A stretch of DNA of 64,000 nt from Thermoplasmatota archaeon (GCA_029762535.1 JARVGK010000004.1:1-64000); one strand, 5' to 3'. Counted from the stretch's first letter, positions 46,937 through 56,541 are shown. Notes: generated by a model not told the origin, from the sequence alone. Numbers and translations are program-made.

Positions 46937-48166
46937 TCACTTCTTCCCGCAGGATCTGCTGTTCTTCCATTTTAGGATCCTGTTCCTGATCCTCTTCCTC
47001 TTCGAGCAGCTGTCCGATGTGTCCGAATCATCGTCATCGGAATCATCACTCACCTCATAGGTGAAATACATTCCCCAGTTGCCCTTCTTGGTGAACCTCT
47101 CCCCCTCTCCCCATGCGGTCTCGTCGTCGCCGTAGCAGTAGCAGGGGAGGTCCACCATGATAAGAACGGTTTGTTTGGCATTTCCATTAGAGTCGACCGG
47201 AGCGAATATGACCCCGATCCTCTCACCGCATCCGGGTTCATAATCCTCAATGTCCTCTGCTAATTCCACAAGTTCGGCAGTGAGGTCCCTATCGAAACCC
47301 AGAACGCTGAAGTCCTTGGCCATCTGATCGTCATCATAGATATCCTGCGCGTCATCGTAGTCGATGAGGTTCCATATGGCCATCTGAACCTCCTTGTATG
47401 TGAAGTACTCGCCATCGTATTCTTCGGACTCCTCTCCTACGAAGTCCTGGTTCAGGAGCCAGTTCACCCTGAAAAGGTTATCCGGAGAGTCGACAAGCCC
47501 CGTGGGAATAGTTTCATAGCTGCTGTAGACGTTCGACGAATAATCGGTCTTCTGGTTTATCGTTCGGCCTATGTCAATGCACCAACCCTCGTGATCTCCG
47601 TTGAGGAAAGTATCATCCGATACGGAGACCTCGGGGAAATAAGCAGGAGAATCGGAAGAGGGATACAAAAGACTCACCGTGGCGGTCTCCGGCAGCGAAT
47701 CCTCGAAACCATCGAGATCCACGAAGCAGTCGTCGCAGTCGCAGTCCTCGCATTCGACGATCTCGACCACTACCGCGTGCGCTGCGATGTAGAGCTTGTC
47801 GCCCTTGGGCAGCTTGATCTTGTACTCGTACTCCGTCACCGCAGGATCATGGTCCGTCTTGTGATCGAACTTCCCCGGGACCGGGTTCCCGGCCCTGCCC
47901 GCAACGGGGAAGCATTTCACGGACGTCGCCACATGCAGGTGTGTCTCCGTGATCGCCCAGCCATCCTCATCGATAACGTACTTCACGTAAAGGTAGCCTC
48001 CTTCGTTCGAAACCTGTACCTCGCCGACATCCGTCGTCTTCCCGGCAAGAAGATCAACGACCGTCGTCCCCTCTCCGTTCGCCTCTATCGAGTAAAGCGT
48101 CGCGAACGTAACGAACGCCATAAGCCCTATCACAACCATCGCTGCCACAGGCAGTAACTTCTTCAT
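46937..48166 (-). CDS. Secreted protein with putative thioester (TED/TQXA-like) domain
   Basis: Signal peptide MKKLLPVAAMVVIG (GGAGGTG SD, start 48166); WCID, VQMAIW and KQTVLI motifs. Confidence 0.7.
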   Translation of the reverse strand: MKKLLPVAAMVVIGLMAFVTFATLYSIEANGEGTTVVDLLAGKTTDVGEVQVSNEGGYLYVKYVIDEDGWAITETHLHVATSVKCFPVAGRAGNPVPGKFDHKTDHDPAVTEYEYKIKLPKGDKLYIAAHAVVVEIVECEDCDCDDCFVDLDGFEDSLPETATVSLLYPSSDSPAYFPEVSVSDDTFLNGDHEGWCIDIGRTINQKTDYSSNVYSSYETIPTGLVDSPDNLFRVNWLLNQDFVGEESEEYDGEYFTYKEVQMAIWNLIDYDDAQDIYDDDQMAKDFSVLGFDRDLTAELVELAEDIEDYEPGCGERIGVIFAPVDSNGNAKQTVLIMVDLPCYCYGDDETAWGEGERFTKKGNWGMYFTYEVSDDSDDDDSDTSDSCSKRKRIRNRILKWKNSRSCGKK

Positions 48167-48310
48167 TTCCAGCACCTCCATCATAGCGGATCCCCATCCT
48201 CCCAGAAAGCTATCTCTGGCAGTGATGCGGTTTCCCGCTTTCAAAATGATATCCCCAAATCACTATAAAAACGATTCTGTCAATCACGTATATCTATGTA
48301 CATACATCAT

Positions 48311-49138
48311 CTACTCGAGCCTCCGGATCTCGGATCGCCTCCACCTCCTCTCCGACCTGACCTTCTCCGTGATCACCGTGAGCGCGTTCAGCATCATCCC
48401 CGCCACCATCATGAAGCCCCCGATCATGACGAGGGCCACGGTCAGAAAAGCGCTCGGGTAGTACAGGTTCTGGTTCTCGTAGAAGTAATCGACTGTATAG
48501 AACCCGGATCCGATCGAGAGCAGCATCAGGGCCATCCCGATCCCGCCGTAGAACTTCAGGGGATGCTTCCTCCTCATCAGCCTGAACACGCCCACGGGAT
48601 CGAACCTCTCAGAAGACCTCTTCATCTTGCCGTGCTCCAGGACATCCTCGGTCTTTCTGGACATCTCGAGCTCCCTGGACCTTAAAAGCCCGAGAAGGTA
48701 CTCCTGCACGTCCCTGCCAGAGAGGGCCTCCAGGTTCTTCCGGTCCAGAGCTATGCATCCGATGGTGTCCCCGCCCTGTTTCGGGCTGATCCAACCAGTG
48801 GCGAACCTGTCCCCCTTCTCCATCACGGCATATAGAAGGCTGATCGCGTCGTCCGCGGTGTTCCCTCCCATGAGATCGAGGATCACATAGAGCCCTCTGT
48901 CCTCCTTCAAGGCGACCTCTACGGCCTTGTTCACCACGACGGACCGGGACATTACCCTCTTGTACCTTATCACCTTGGACCCGGCCCTCTTGGCGAACCA
49001 TTCGGTCCCGTCACTGGAGCCGTTGTCCACCACCGTGAAGGATACGTCCACATCGCTGAACTCCCCCCTTATCTTCAGAATGGTCGAGGCTATGAAATAC
49101 GCCATATCCCTTGCCAGTATCACGACCGCGACCTTCAA
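48311..49138 (-). CDS. Degenerate GT2-like protein, paralogue of 36369..37220
   Basis: VVDNGSSDGT, LDLMGGNTADDAISL, GDRFA, IGC.ALDR, HPLKFY followed by 2 TMs ending IGGFMMVAGMMLNAL. Confidence 0.65.
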   Translation of the reverse strand: MKVAVVILARDMAYFIASTILKIRGEFSDVDVSFTVVDNGSSDGTEWFAKRAGSKVIRYKRVMSRSVVVNKAVEVALKEDRGLYVILDLMGGNTADDAISLLYAVMEKGDRFATGWISPKQGGDTIGCIALDRKNLEALSGRDVQEYLLGLLRSRELEMSRKTEDVLEHGKMKRSSERFDPVGVFRLMRRKHPLKFYGGIGMALMLLSIGSGFYTVDYFYENQNLYYPSAFLTVALVMIGGFMMVAGMMLNALTVITEKVRSERRWRRSEIRRLE

Positions 49139-49191
49139 CGCTACCGCCCGATGATCCCTGAAGGTGTGGGTACATATTTAAGTTGAACCAT

Positions 49192-50001
49192 CTATATCTT
49201 CAGGTTCCACGCATCGTTCCCGTATCGGTCCCTCACGAACAGCTGGGACATCTTCTTCTCCTTCATCGAATACTCCGAGATCTCCGATGCGATCCCGAAG
49301 ACCTCCTCGAATCCTTTCATGAGATGCGGGACCAACTCACGGGCCTCGACCCTCGTCCCCAGCTGCTCGCACACGCTCGTGGCCCTGCACATCACCATCG
49401 CCCTCATCACCTCCCTCTTATCCGAAGCGATCCCGGTCACGTCAAGCAGCCTGTCCACGTCCAGGCTCAGGGGGATCGACCCATGCTGGAGGATGACCAT
49501 CCTCTCCCTGGTCTGGGCTGAACCTATGATCTTCCTCCCGCCGGAGACCACCTCGTTCGCGGTTGGGGTATAGAAGCATATGCCCTGCCCCGCCGGATCC
49601 GCCCTCATCGCCCCGTCAATGGCTATCGAGGCCTTCACACCGATCGATCCAAGGCCCTTGACCAGTGCCCTGGATATCGTCTTGTATGTGTCCACCACCC
49701 CGATCCCGTCGAAGGCGGGGTGGTCCAACCGTATAGCGATGGAATAGGTCAGCTCGTCATCGTGAAGAACGGCCTCCCCTCCGGTCAGCCTCCTGACCGC
49801 CTCAACCCCCCATCTCGAGCAGGCCTCCATGTCCACCTCTTCAACTCTCTGGAACCTTCCCAACGACAATCCGGGGGGATCCCATTGATAGAACCTGAGG
49901 CAGGGATCCTCCCCTGCTATGACGCTTCGAAAAACGGCCTCGTCCCTGGCCATGTTGACACATGGCCTTTGCCGATCGTCAATGAACGTTCGGAACCTCA
50001 T
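49192..50001 (-). CDS. LipM-like octanoyltransferase (lipoate-protein ligase family)
   Basis: NMARDEA, LRFYQW, RRLTGGEAVLHDDELTYS, ICF, GRKIIGSAQTR...ILQHGSI; co-linear with Bacillus LipM as I recall it. Confidence 0.8.
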   Translation of the reverse strand: MRFRTFIDDRQRPCVNMARDEAVFRSVIAGEDPCLRFYQWDPPGLSLGRFQRVEEVDMEACSRWGVEAVRRLTGGEAVLHDDELTYSIAIRLDHPAFDGIGVVDTYKTISRALVKGLGSIGVKASIAIDGAMRADPAGQGICFYTPTANEVVSGGRKIIGSAQTRERMVILQHGSIPLSLDVDRLLDVTGIASDKREVMRAMVMCRATSVCEQLGTRVEARELVPHLMKGFEEVFGIASEISEYSMKEKKMSQLFVRDRYGNDAWNLKI

Positions 50002-50002
50002 C

Positions 50003-50848
50003 TCAAGCCTCGATGCCGGAGAACATCTCGCGCATCTCCTCGTACCTGTTCGACAGCATCTCGAGCGCGTGCGCGAGAGCGTCCTTGGCCTTCAAGGACC
50101 CGTCCGTCTCGAAGGTGAACAAGAATTTTTTATCCGATCCCTCCACCGTAACGAGTGAAACGCCTTCGGCGTCCGTGCAGGCCTGAACACAGTTCATGCA
50201 CAGATCGCATCTCTCGGGATCGACCACCTTGACCTTGCCCTCATCCAGTTCGAAGACCTTCTTGGGGCAGGAGGACACGCATCGCTTGGGATCGGCGCAG
50301 TCCCCCGTCAATTTCACAGTTGGATAATACTTGTATCCGCATACGGTCACAGGCTGCCATTTCGCGTGCTGCGCACCCGTTCCCATGACCGCCGTGGCGT
50401 ATATGAGGAGAGCCTGCTTCTCCTTCAATTTGACTATGGGGATCAGCTGCTCCTTGACCGCCAGGGACATGTCCCCAAGTGGTTGGAGGTCCCCGGAATA
50501 CACCATGCATGGCCCTTTCTTGTTCAATACGTAGATTATGGTGCAGTGGGGGCAGCCGTTACCCTCGCATTCGCATCTGTCCTTGAACGTGAACTGGGTC
50601 AGATCGGTGGGTATCGGGACCAGCCCAAGTCTGTGGGCGATCATCTCGTCGAAGAGGGCGGAGTTGGAGTCGTATTCGTTGCCTTCCTCATCTCTTATCG
50701 GACCCATGTGGAACTCGACCTCATCGATCGCCATCTTGGGGACCTCGGAGACCAGGGTCCTCCTCAGGGTGTTGACGATATCCGGCATGGTCCCGTCCAC
50801 GACGAACGAACATCTCGTATCGGTCAGCTCCCTTACCTGAAGTTTCAT
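50003..50848 (-). CDS. rpoD: DNA-directed RNA polymerase subunit D (Rpo3)
   Basis: NTLRRTL..EVP..AI, NSALFDEMIAHRLGLVPI, CECEGNGCPHC, HAKWQP, ferredoxin-like insert, FETDGSL. Confidence 0.97.
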   Translation of the reverse strand: MKLQVRELTDTRCSFVVDGTMPDIVNTLRRTLVSEVPKMAIDEVEFHMGPIRDEEGNEYDSNSALFDEMIAHRLGLVPIPTDLTQFTFKDRCECEGNGCPHCTIIYVLNKKGPCMVYSGDLQPLGDMSLAVKEQLIPIVKLKEKQALLIYATAVMGTGAQHAKWQPVTVCGYKYYPTVKLTGDCADPKRCVSSCPKKVFELDEGKVKVVDPERCDLCMNCVQACTDAEGVSLVTVEGSDKKFLFTFETDGSLKAKDALAHALEMLSNRYEEMREMFSGIEA

Positions 50849-50858
50849 GATCGCACCC

Positions 50859-51248
50859 CTATACCCTTCTTCCCCTCTTTCCGCCCTTGGGTTTCGTTCC
50901 GTCGTGCGGTATCGGGGTCACATCCTCTATCCTTCCTATGCGGATTCCAGCCCTGGAGAGGGACCTTATAACTCCCTGAGCTCCGGGACCTGGCGAGATA
51001 GGGCCGTTCCCTCCGGGGGCCCTGACCTTGATATGAATGTTGGAGATACCCTTTTCCCTGGCCTTATCGGCTATGAACTCGCCCGATCTCATGGCGGCAT
51101 AGGGGGAGGATTCGTCCTTGGCGGCCTTAACGACCATTCCGCCGGTGCATTTCGCTATGGTCTCGGCACCGGTCAGATCGGTTAGGGTGATCAGAATATT
51201 GTTGTAGGAGGCGTAGATGTGACATATTCCCCATTTCTCGGACATCAC
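50859..51248 (-). CDS. rps11: 30S ribosomal protein uS11
   Basis: [41 protein letters not shown]. Confidence 0.98.
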   Translation of the reverse strand: MMSEKWGICHIYASYNNILITLTDLTGAETIAKCTGGMVVKAAKDESSPYAAMRSGEFIADKAREKGISNIHIKVRAPGGNGPISPGPGAQGVIRSLSRAGIRIGRIEDVTPIPHDGTKPKGGKRGRRV

Positions 51249-51829
51249 TCCTCACCTCCGATGGTTATCTTCTCGGCCACCTGGGAGGGCGCTTCCTCCA
51301 CGGATTGCGATCTCGGCCTCATGGGATGCTCCTCGTTCGTGAACGGGGACCTCATCGTGTAATCGAGCGATCTCTCGTCCTTGCTGTCCACGAGCATCCC
51401 GGGGATCGTGACCTTCCTGCCGCTGAGAAGAACATGCCCGTGAACGATCATCTGCCTTGCCTGGAGCGGGGTCTGCGAAAGGCCCTTGTTGTAGACGAGG
51501 GTCTGCAGCCTCCTGGAGAGCAGGTCCTCGACGTTCAGACCCAGGATGTCCTGGAGGTTGGAGCTCTCCTTGAGAAGCCCTATCCTCATGCATCTCTTCA
51601 AGAGCTGCTCCGTCTCCTTCTTTGCCTGCTCGTCGGCGGTCCTGTTCCTTGCCTGAAGGTTCCTCGCCTGAGACCTGAGGCTTCTGAGATATGAATACGC
51701 CTTATAGACCTCGGTCTTATTTTTGAGGCCGTACTTTATAACGAGCTCCTTCTCCTCCTTTATCCTCTCCCCGCGCCAGGGATGGGACGGGACGTCGAAC
51801 TTCCTTCTGAGCTTCTTCGGATCTCCCAT
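51245..51829 (-). CDS. rps4: 30S ribosomal protein uS4
   Basis: MGDPK...[28 protein letters not shown]. Confidence 0.98.
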   Translation of the reverse strand: MGDPKKLRRKFDVPSHPWRGERIKEEKELVIKYGLKNKTEVYKAYSYLRSLRSQARNLQARNRTADEQAKKETEQLLKRCMRIGLLKESSNLQDILGLNVEDLLSRRLQTLVYNKGLSQTPLQARQMIVHGHVLLSGRKVTIPGMLVDSKDERSLDYTMRSPFTNEEHPMRPRSQSVEEAPSQVAEKITIGGEE

Positions 51830-51843
51830 TCATTCACCCCCGA

Positions 51844-52341
51844 TCACTTGCTTTTCCTCGTCACGCCGATGGTGGATCCCCTTCTCCCGTTCGAGGAGGT
51901 CCTCTGGCCCCTGACCTTGTGGCCGTTATCGTGTCTGATCCCTCTGTAGCATCGGACCTTCCTGAGCTCGCCGATGTCATCTTTGTGCTGAATATCGACA
52001 TTCACCCCCAGGACATGCGTGTCATCTCCCGTCTCGAAGTCCTTCTGCCTGTTGAGCATCCATGACGGGAACGTGGAGGGGAGTTCCTCGATTATCTGCC
52101 CCAGCGTCTGAACATCCTCATCCGAGAGGTTGCCGATCTTCATTTCCGGGGGCTTTCCGAGCTTTCTCGTGAGTACCTCGGAGAGCCTGTAGCTGATCCC
52201 GGGTATCGAGGTGAGTCCGTCCTTGATGGTCCTCTCACCGTTGATGTCGCTGTTGAAGAGACGAACTATGAACTTGAAATCCTTGTCCCTTTCCTCTTTG
52301 GGCTTTCCATCGCTGCGAGCTTTATCCTTTTTCTGGGCCAC
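51844..52341 (-). CDS. rps13: 30S ribosomal protein uS13
   Basis: FKFIVR, P.WMLNRQKD..TG, YRGIRH..G.KVRGQRT. Confidence 0.98.
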   Translation of the reverse strand: MAQKKDKARSDGKPKEERDKDFKFIVRLFNSDINGERTIKDGLTSIPGISYRLSEVLTRKLGKPPEMKIGNLSDEDVQTLGQIIEELPSTFPSWMLNRQKDFETGDDTHVLGVNVDIQHKDDIGELRKVRCYRGIRHDNGHKVRGQRTSSNGRRGSTIGVTRKSK

Positions 52342-52513
52342 GTGCTAGCCTCCGGTATCGGATGGTCCCTTTCAAATAAGACCAGTATTTAAACATATCT
52401 GGCAGGGACCTTTGAGGACCCCCGATATTGCTTCTTATTTATATCCCTTTCCATGAGCCGGGAATAAACAGGCATTAAATAGGTATTCGCTTTCAGGTAG
52501 ATAGTGAGGGAAA

Positions 52514-52951
52514 ATGGCAAGGATCACCCTATACAGAAGCGCAGCAGCGCGAGAAGGTACGACCTTCACATATATCGGTCAGGCTCCAGAATGTGCCGAG
52601 TGTAAGGTAAGAGCGATATGCCACAGCCTTGAAGAAGGACACGTCTACAGGATCACGGCGCTCAGGGACAAGGAGCACGACTGCGCCGTTCACGAAGGGG
52701 ACAAGGTGCGGGTGGTGGAGTACGAGGAGATGCCCCTGGAGATCGCCGTTCCTGTGAAGAAGGCGATGGAGGGTGCCATAATAACCCTTGATGGGAGCGA
52801 ATGCACATGGGCATGGTGCGCATCCCATGGATATTGCCGAAGGACCGCCCTGCCAGAGGGTGCCAGGGTCAGGATACTGTCCCTGGGCGAGGACCTGGAA
52901 TGCGCCAAGGGCGCCAAGCTGAAGAGGGCGGTCGTGGAGATCGAGGGGTAG
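52514..52951 (+). CDS. UPF0179-family archaeal protein
   Basis: ITL, ECAECKVR..C, LEEG..YRI..LRDKEHDCAVHE. Confidence 0.85.
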   Translation: MARITLYRSAAAREGTTFTYIGQAPECAECKVRAICHSLEEGHVYRITALRDKEHDCAVHEGDKVRVVEYEEMPLEIAVPVKKAMEGAIITLDGSECTWAWCASHGYCRRTALPEGARVRILSLGEDLECAKGAKLKRAVVEIEG

Positions 52952-52955
52952 TTGA

Positions 52956-54203
52956 TTGAGAATATCCGGACTTTACAGGATGACTCCCGATAAGAGGAGG
53001 GAGGAGATCGCTAAAAGGATGCAGATTGACCCGTCCGTCTTCAAGGGATTGGACATGAGAAGCATGGACATAGAGGACCTGGACGGGATGATCGAGAACG
53101 TGGTAGGGGCCTTCGTACTTCCGGTGGGGATCGCCGCGAACTTCGTTATAAACGGCAGGGAGACGCCCGTGCCGATGGCCACCGAGGAGCCATCGGTCGT
53201 GGCCGCCGCCTCGAGGATCGCCGCATGCACCGAGGATTTCACCGCCAGATGCCCTGAGTCGATCATGATAGGTCAGGTCCAGATTCTGGACGTTCCCGAT
53301 ATGGAGGGGGCGCTATCCTCGATCGACAGGAACAAGGACGGGATCGTATCCTCTGCGAACGCCGTCGATCCGGTCCTAGTATCCTCGGGCGGCGGGGCCG
53401 TGGACATCGAAACGAGATCACTGGACACCCCTTCGGGCGCGATGCTCATCGTACACCTGCTGGTCGACTGCAGGGACGCCATGGGGGCCAACGCGGTTAA
53501 CTCCATGGCCGAAGCGGTGTCGCCGATGCTGGAGGACCTCACTTTGGGCAGGGCGCTGTTGAGGATACTTTCGAACCTGGCCGTGAGGAGGATCGCCACC
53601 GCCGAGGCCAGGTTCGACAGGGAAAGGCTCGGAGGTACGGAAGTGGTCGATGACATCATGAACGCGTACCACTTCGCTTGCGCCGATCCTTTCAGGGCCT
53701 CGACCCACAACAAGGGTATCATGAACGGCGTCTCCGCTGTTGTCCGCGCTACAGGGAACGACACTCGGGCGGTGGAGGCTGGAGCGCACGCATACGCCTC
53801 CCTTTCAGGTAATTACGGCCCGCTGACCTCTTACCGCATCGACGAGAGCGGGGACCTCGTTGGGAGGATATCGATACCCGTCCCGGTCGGGACCGTCGGA
53901 GGTATAACCAAGGTACATCCGGGAGCCAGGGCATGCCTCCGAATATTGGGCGTGAATAGCGCCTCCGAGCTGGGCTGTGTCCTGGCATCCGTCGGGCTAG
54001 CTCAGAACCTGGCAGCCCTGAGGGCGCTCTCGGCGGAGGGAATACAGAGAGGACATATGAAGCTCCATGCCAGGAACCTTGCGATTCAATCAGGCGCATC
54101 GGTGGACGAGGCTCCCTTGATCGTGCAGCGCCTGATAGCGGAGGGGAAGGTCAGCGCCTCGAGGGCCAGGGACATCCTTCTATCCCTCAGGGGCTCCAAA
54201 TAG
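52956..54203 (+). CDS. mvaA: Hydroxymethylglutaryl-CoA reductase, class II
   Basis: MIENVVG, PMATEEPSVVAAAS, DAMGAN, RILSNL, THNKGIMNG, ATGNDTRAVEAGAH, GIQRGHMKLHA. Confidence 0.93.
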   Translation: MRISGLYRMTPDKRREEIAKRMQIDPSVFKGLDMRSMDIEDLDGMIENVVGAFVLPVGIAANFVINGRETPVPMATEEPSVVAAASRIAACTEDFTARCPESIMIGQVQILDVPDMEGALSSIDRNKDGIVSSANAVDPVLVSSGGGAVDIETRSLDTPSGAMLIVHLLVDCRDAMGANAVNSMAEAVSPMLEDLTLGRALLRILSNLAVRRIATAEARFDRERLGGTEVVDDIMNAYHFACADPFRASTHNKGIMNGVSAVVRATGNDTRAVEAGAHAYASLSGNYGPLTSYRIDESGDLVGRISIPVPVGTVGGITKVHPGARACLRILGVNSASELGCVLASVGLAQNLAALRALSAEGIQRGHMKLHARNLAIQSGASVDEAPLIVQRLIAEGKVSASRARDILLSLRGSK

Positions 54204-54255
54204 GGTTAAATAAGGTCTATCGCCTTCAAGTGGGATATCATCGGAGGGATGTCCA

Positions 54256-54744
54256 ATGTTCGATCTGGAAATGGTGTCGATAGAGAAGCCCGAGGACGTC
54301 AATTTCATCCTGGGGCAGTCGCATTTCATAAAGACCGTCGAGGACCTTCATGAGGCGATGGTCGGGTCCGTCCCGGGGATCCGGTTCGGGATCGCCTTCT
54401 GCGAGGCGTCGGGGAAATGCCTGGTCCGCTGGAGCGGGAACGACGATGAGATGATGGAGCTGGCGAAGATGAACGCATTGAAGCTATCATGCGGGCACTC
54501 GTTCATCATATTCATGAAGGACGCGTTCCCGATAAACTTCCTCAACGCGATAAAGAACGTATCCGTCGTATGTTCCATATACTGCGCCACGGCCAACCCG
54601 ACCGACGTCATCGTCGCGAAGAACGAGCGTGGAAGAGGTATAATGGGCGTGGTCGACGGAAGCCTTCAGACCGGGATCGAGACGGAGGAGGACCGGCAGT
54701 GGAGGCTCGGTTTCCTCAGGAAGATAGGATACAAGCTGGGTTGA
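54256..54744 (+). CDS. Adenosine-specific kinase family protein (PAE2307-like)
   Basis: NFILGQSHFIKTVEDL, FGIAFCEASG, CATANP, GRGIMGVVDG, FLRKIGYK. Confidence 0.88.
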   Translation: MFDLEMVSIEKPEDVNFILGQSHFIKTVEDLHEAMVGSVPGIRFGIAFCEASGKCLVRWSGNDDEMMELAKMNALKLSCGHSFIIFMKDAFPINFLNAIKNVSVVCSIYCATANPTDVIVAKNERGRGIMGVVDGSLQTGIETEEDRQWRLGFLRKIGYKLG

Positions 54745-54750
54745 ACTCAT

Positions 54751-56532
54751 ATGAGCGAAGATGCCCCACCCAGGAAGACGCCCGTATCGAAGGCCGTGCT
54801 GCCCGTCGCGATGATGGTGGCGCTGTTCATATTGACCATAGGGTTGGCCCTGGTGGTCGCCCCGTTGTACCTGAGACAGGGGCTCCAGGCCTTCGGTGAG
54901 GAGGGGGCGAAGAACCCCCTGATCGCCGTTTACTACCTGGTCATGATCATATTCGTCACGGTCGTCATACTGCTTCTCAGGAAGTTCCTGAAGAGGCGCA
55001 GGCGCAATTTCCTGAAGTACGTGCTGGGAGCGGCCGTGCTGCTTTCGACGTATGCGGTCATATGGCCCCTCCTCACCGCCGCCATCCACGGACTCCCGCC
55101 GGAGTGGGAGGAGAGCACCCTGTCCCTCTCTAACCCCATTGACGCGATCGCCCCTGACGTGCTGGTCTATCCGCACGGTTTCGGCATCCTTGAGGGGGGC
55201 GGTCTCGTGAGGATCGTCCACGCGGATAACGCATCCACCTTCCGCTCTCTGGGCGGGTCCGTCATCGAGAGGACGGAAAGCTCCGCGAGGATCTGGATGC
55301 GGGGAACCCCATTCCACGTCCGCTGGGAGATCCCTCTATCGGAGGATGAGGAGATAACGTCGATCTCCCCCATCGAAGACGATCTGGCCATGACCATAGT
55401 TAAAGGGAATTCCTCATCGATAAAGCTCCTCATCGAGGGCTCTTCGACCACCGTTGGATCGAACTCCACCTACGACCTACATTTCGTATCCGGCACCGAC
55501 CTGGCCTATTCCGGCCCAATTCTCTACCGTTTCTCCATTGAAAACACAACGTTCAACCTCACGCTCGAACCGTACCATACGTTCGATCGCGACATCCTGT
55601 GGGCCAGGTCGGATGGGGTCCTACTCGTGTCCACGGCGGGGGGACCTTTCCTGGAGGATGATGAGATGGTTCAGGCATCCGATACACGCTTCGACGATCC
55701 ATCCCTCGTATCCCTGGCTTATGGGCCGGAAGGCTGGGAGATCGCCGCTGTCAGAGGCGGGAACCTGTTCATTATAACGCAGGAAGGGACCGATATCTGG
55801 TACCTCTCCGGGGACGACGTGATCATGGTGCATCACAACGAACCGGGCGGCGTCCTCACATTCGTATCGGGGAGGAGCGTCGAGACCGGGACGCTCCCGA
55901 AGAGCTACAACACCGCCCCCATGCATATAGCGTCCTTCGCCATGGCATCGGGGCTCGTGGTCCTCCTCTTCATAAAACCGAAGTGGTACATTGTGGACCT
56001 CGCCGGGATCCTGATGGGAGCCGGGGTCCTGTCCCTCATCGGCATCTCGCTCTCCATACTGCCCCTGATCCTTCTCCTCGTACTTCTTGCGGTGTACGAC
56101 TTCATCTCAGTTTACAAGACCAAGCACATGCTGACCCTTGCCGAGTCCGTTGTGGAATCGAAGCTGCCCATACTGTTGGTCTTCCCCATGAAGCCCTCAT
56201 ATCGCTACGAGGAGGAGAAGGACCTACTGGACAGGTCCAAACCGCGTCAGGCCATGTTCATGGGATTGGGAGATGTCATAATCCCCGGGACCCTGATCGT
56301 ATCCGCCTCCACCTTCCTCGCGGGCAGGGGCGGCGCGTCGGTCCTGGGGATGCCGCCCCAGATGGGGGTCGCCCTCTTCGCTCTGGCGGGGCTTTTCGTC
56401 GGTTTCTCAGGCCTCATGTACCTGGTCCTCAAGGGCAAGGCCCACGCTGGCCTTCCGCTGTTGAACTCGGGGACCATACTGGGCTTCCTTCTGGGCGAAC
56501 TGCTGTTCTTCGGGAGGATAATACTACTTTAG
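54751..56532 (+). CDS. Presenilin-family intramembrane aspartyl protease (PSH, A22) with large insertion
   Basis: LAVYDFISVYKTKHMLTLA (YD), FMGLGD (GxGD), HAGLPLLNSG. Confidence 0.9.
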   Translation: MSEDAPPRKTPVSKAVLPVAMMVALFILTIGLALVVAPLYLRQGLQAFGEEGAKNPLIAVYYLVMIIFVTVVILLLRKFLKRRRRNFLKYVLGAAVLLSTYAVIWPLLTAAIHGLPPEWEESTLSLSNPIDAIAPDVLVYPHGFGILEGGGLVRIVHADNASTFRSLGGSVIERTESSARIWMRGTPFHVRWEIPLSEDEEITSISPIEDDLAMTIVKGNSSSIKLLIEGSSTTVGSNSTYDLHFVSGTDLAYSGPILYRFSIENTTFNLTLEPYHTFDRDILWARSDGVLLVSTAGGPFLEDDEMVQASDTRFDDPSLVSLAYGPEGWEIAAVRGGNLFIITQEGTDIWYLSGDDVIMVHHNEPGGVLTFVSGRSVETGTLPKSYNTAPMHIASFAMASGLVVLLFIKPKWYIVDLAGILMGAGVLSLIGISLSILPLILLLVLLAVYDFISVYKTKHMLTLAESVVESKLPILLVFPMKPSYRYEEEKDLLDRSKPRQAMFMGLGDVIIPGTLIVSASTFLAGRGGASVLGMPPQMGVALFALAGLFVGFSGLMYLVLKGKAHAGLPLLNSGTILGFLLGELLFFGRIILL

Positions 56533-56541
56533 AGGTGTGCA

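Noticed and set aside
52342-52513. Possible tRNA upstream of rps13
   Set aside because: No cloverleaf or T-loop consensus; only TATA-like tracts of a divergent promoter region
54487-55317. 276-aa minus ORF, likewise 58183..58887, 55983..56657, 50366..50971 and 47591..48157
   Set aside because: They overlap well-supported genes in GC-rich DNA and show no recognisable motifs
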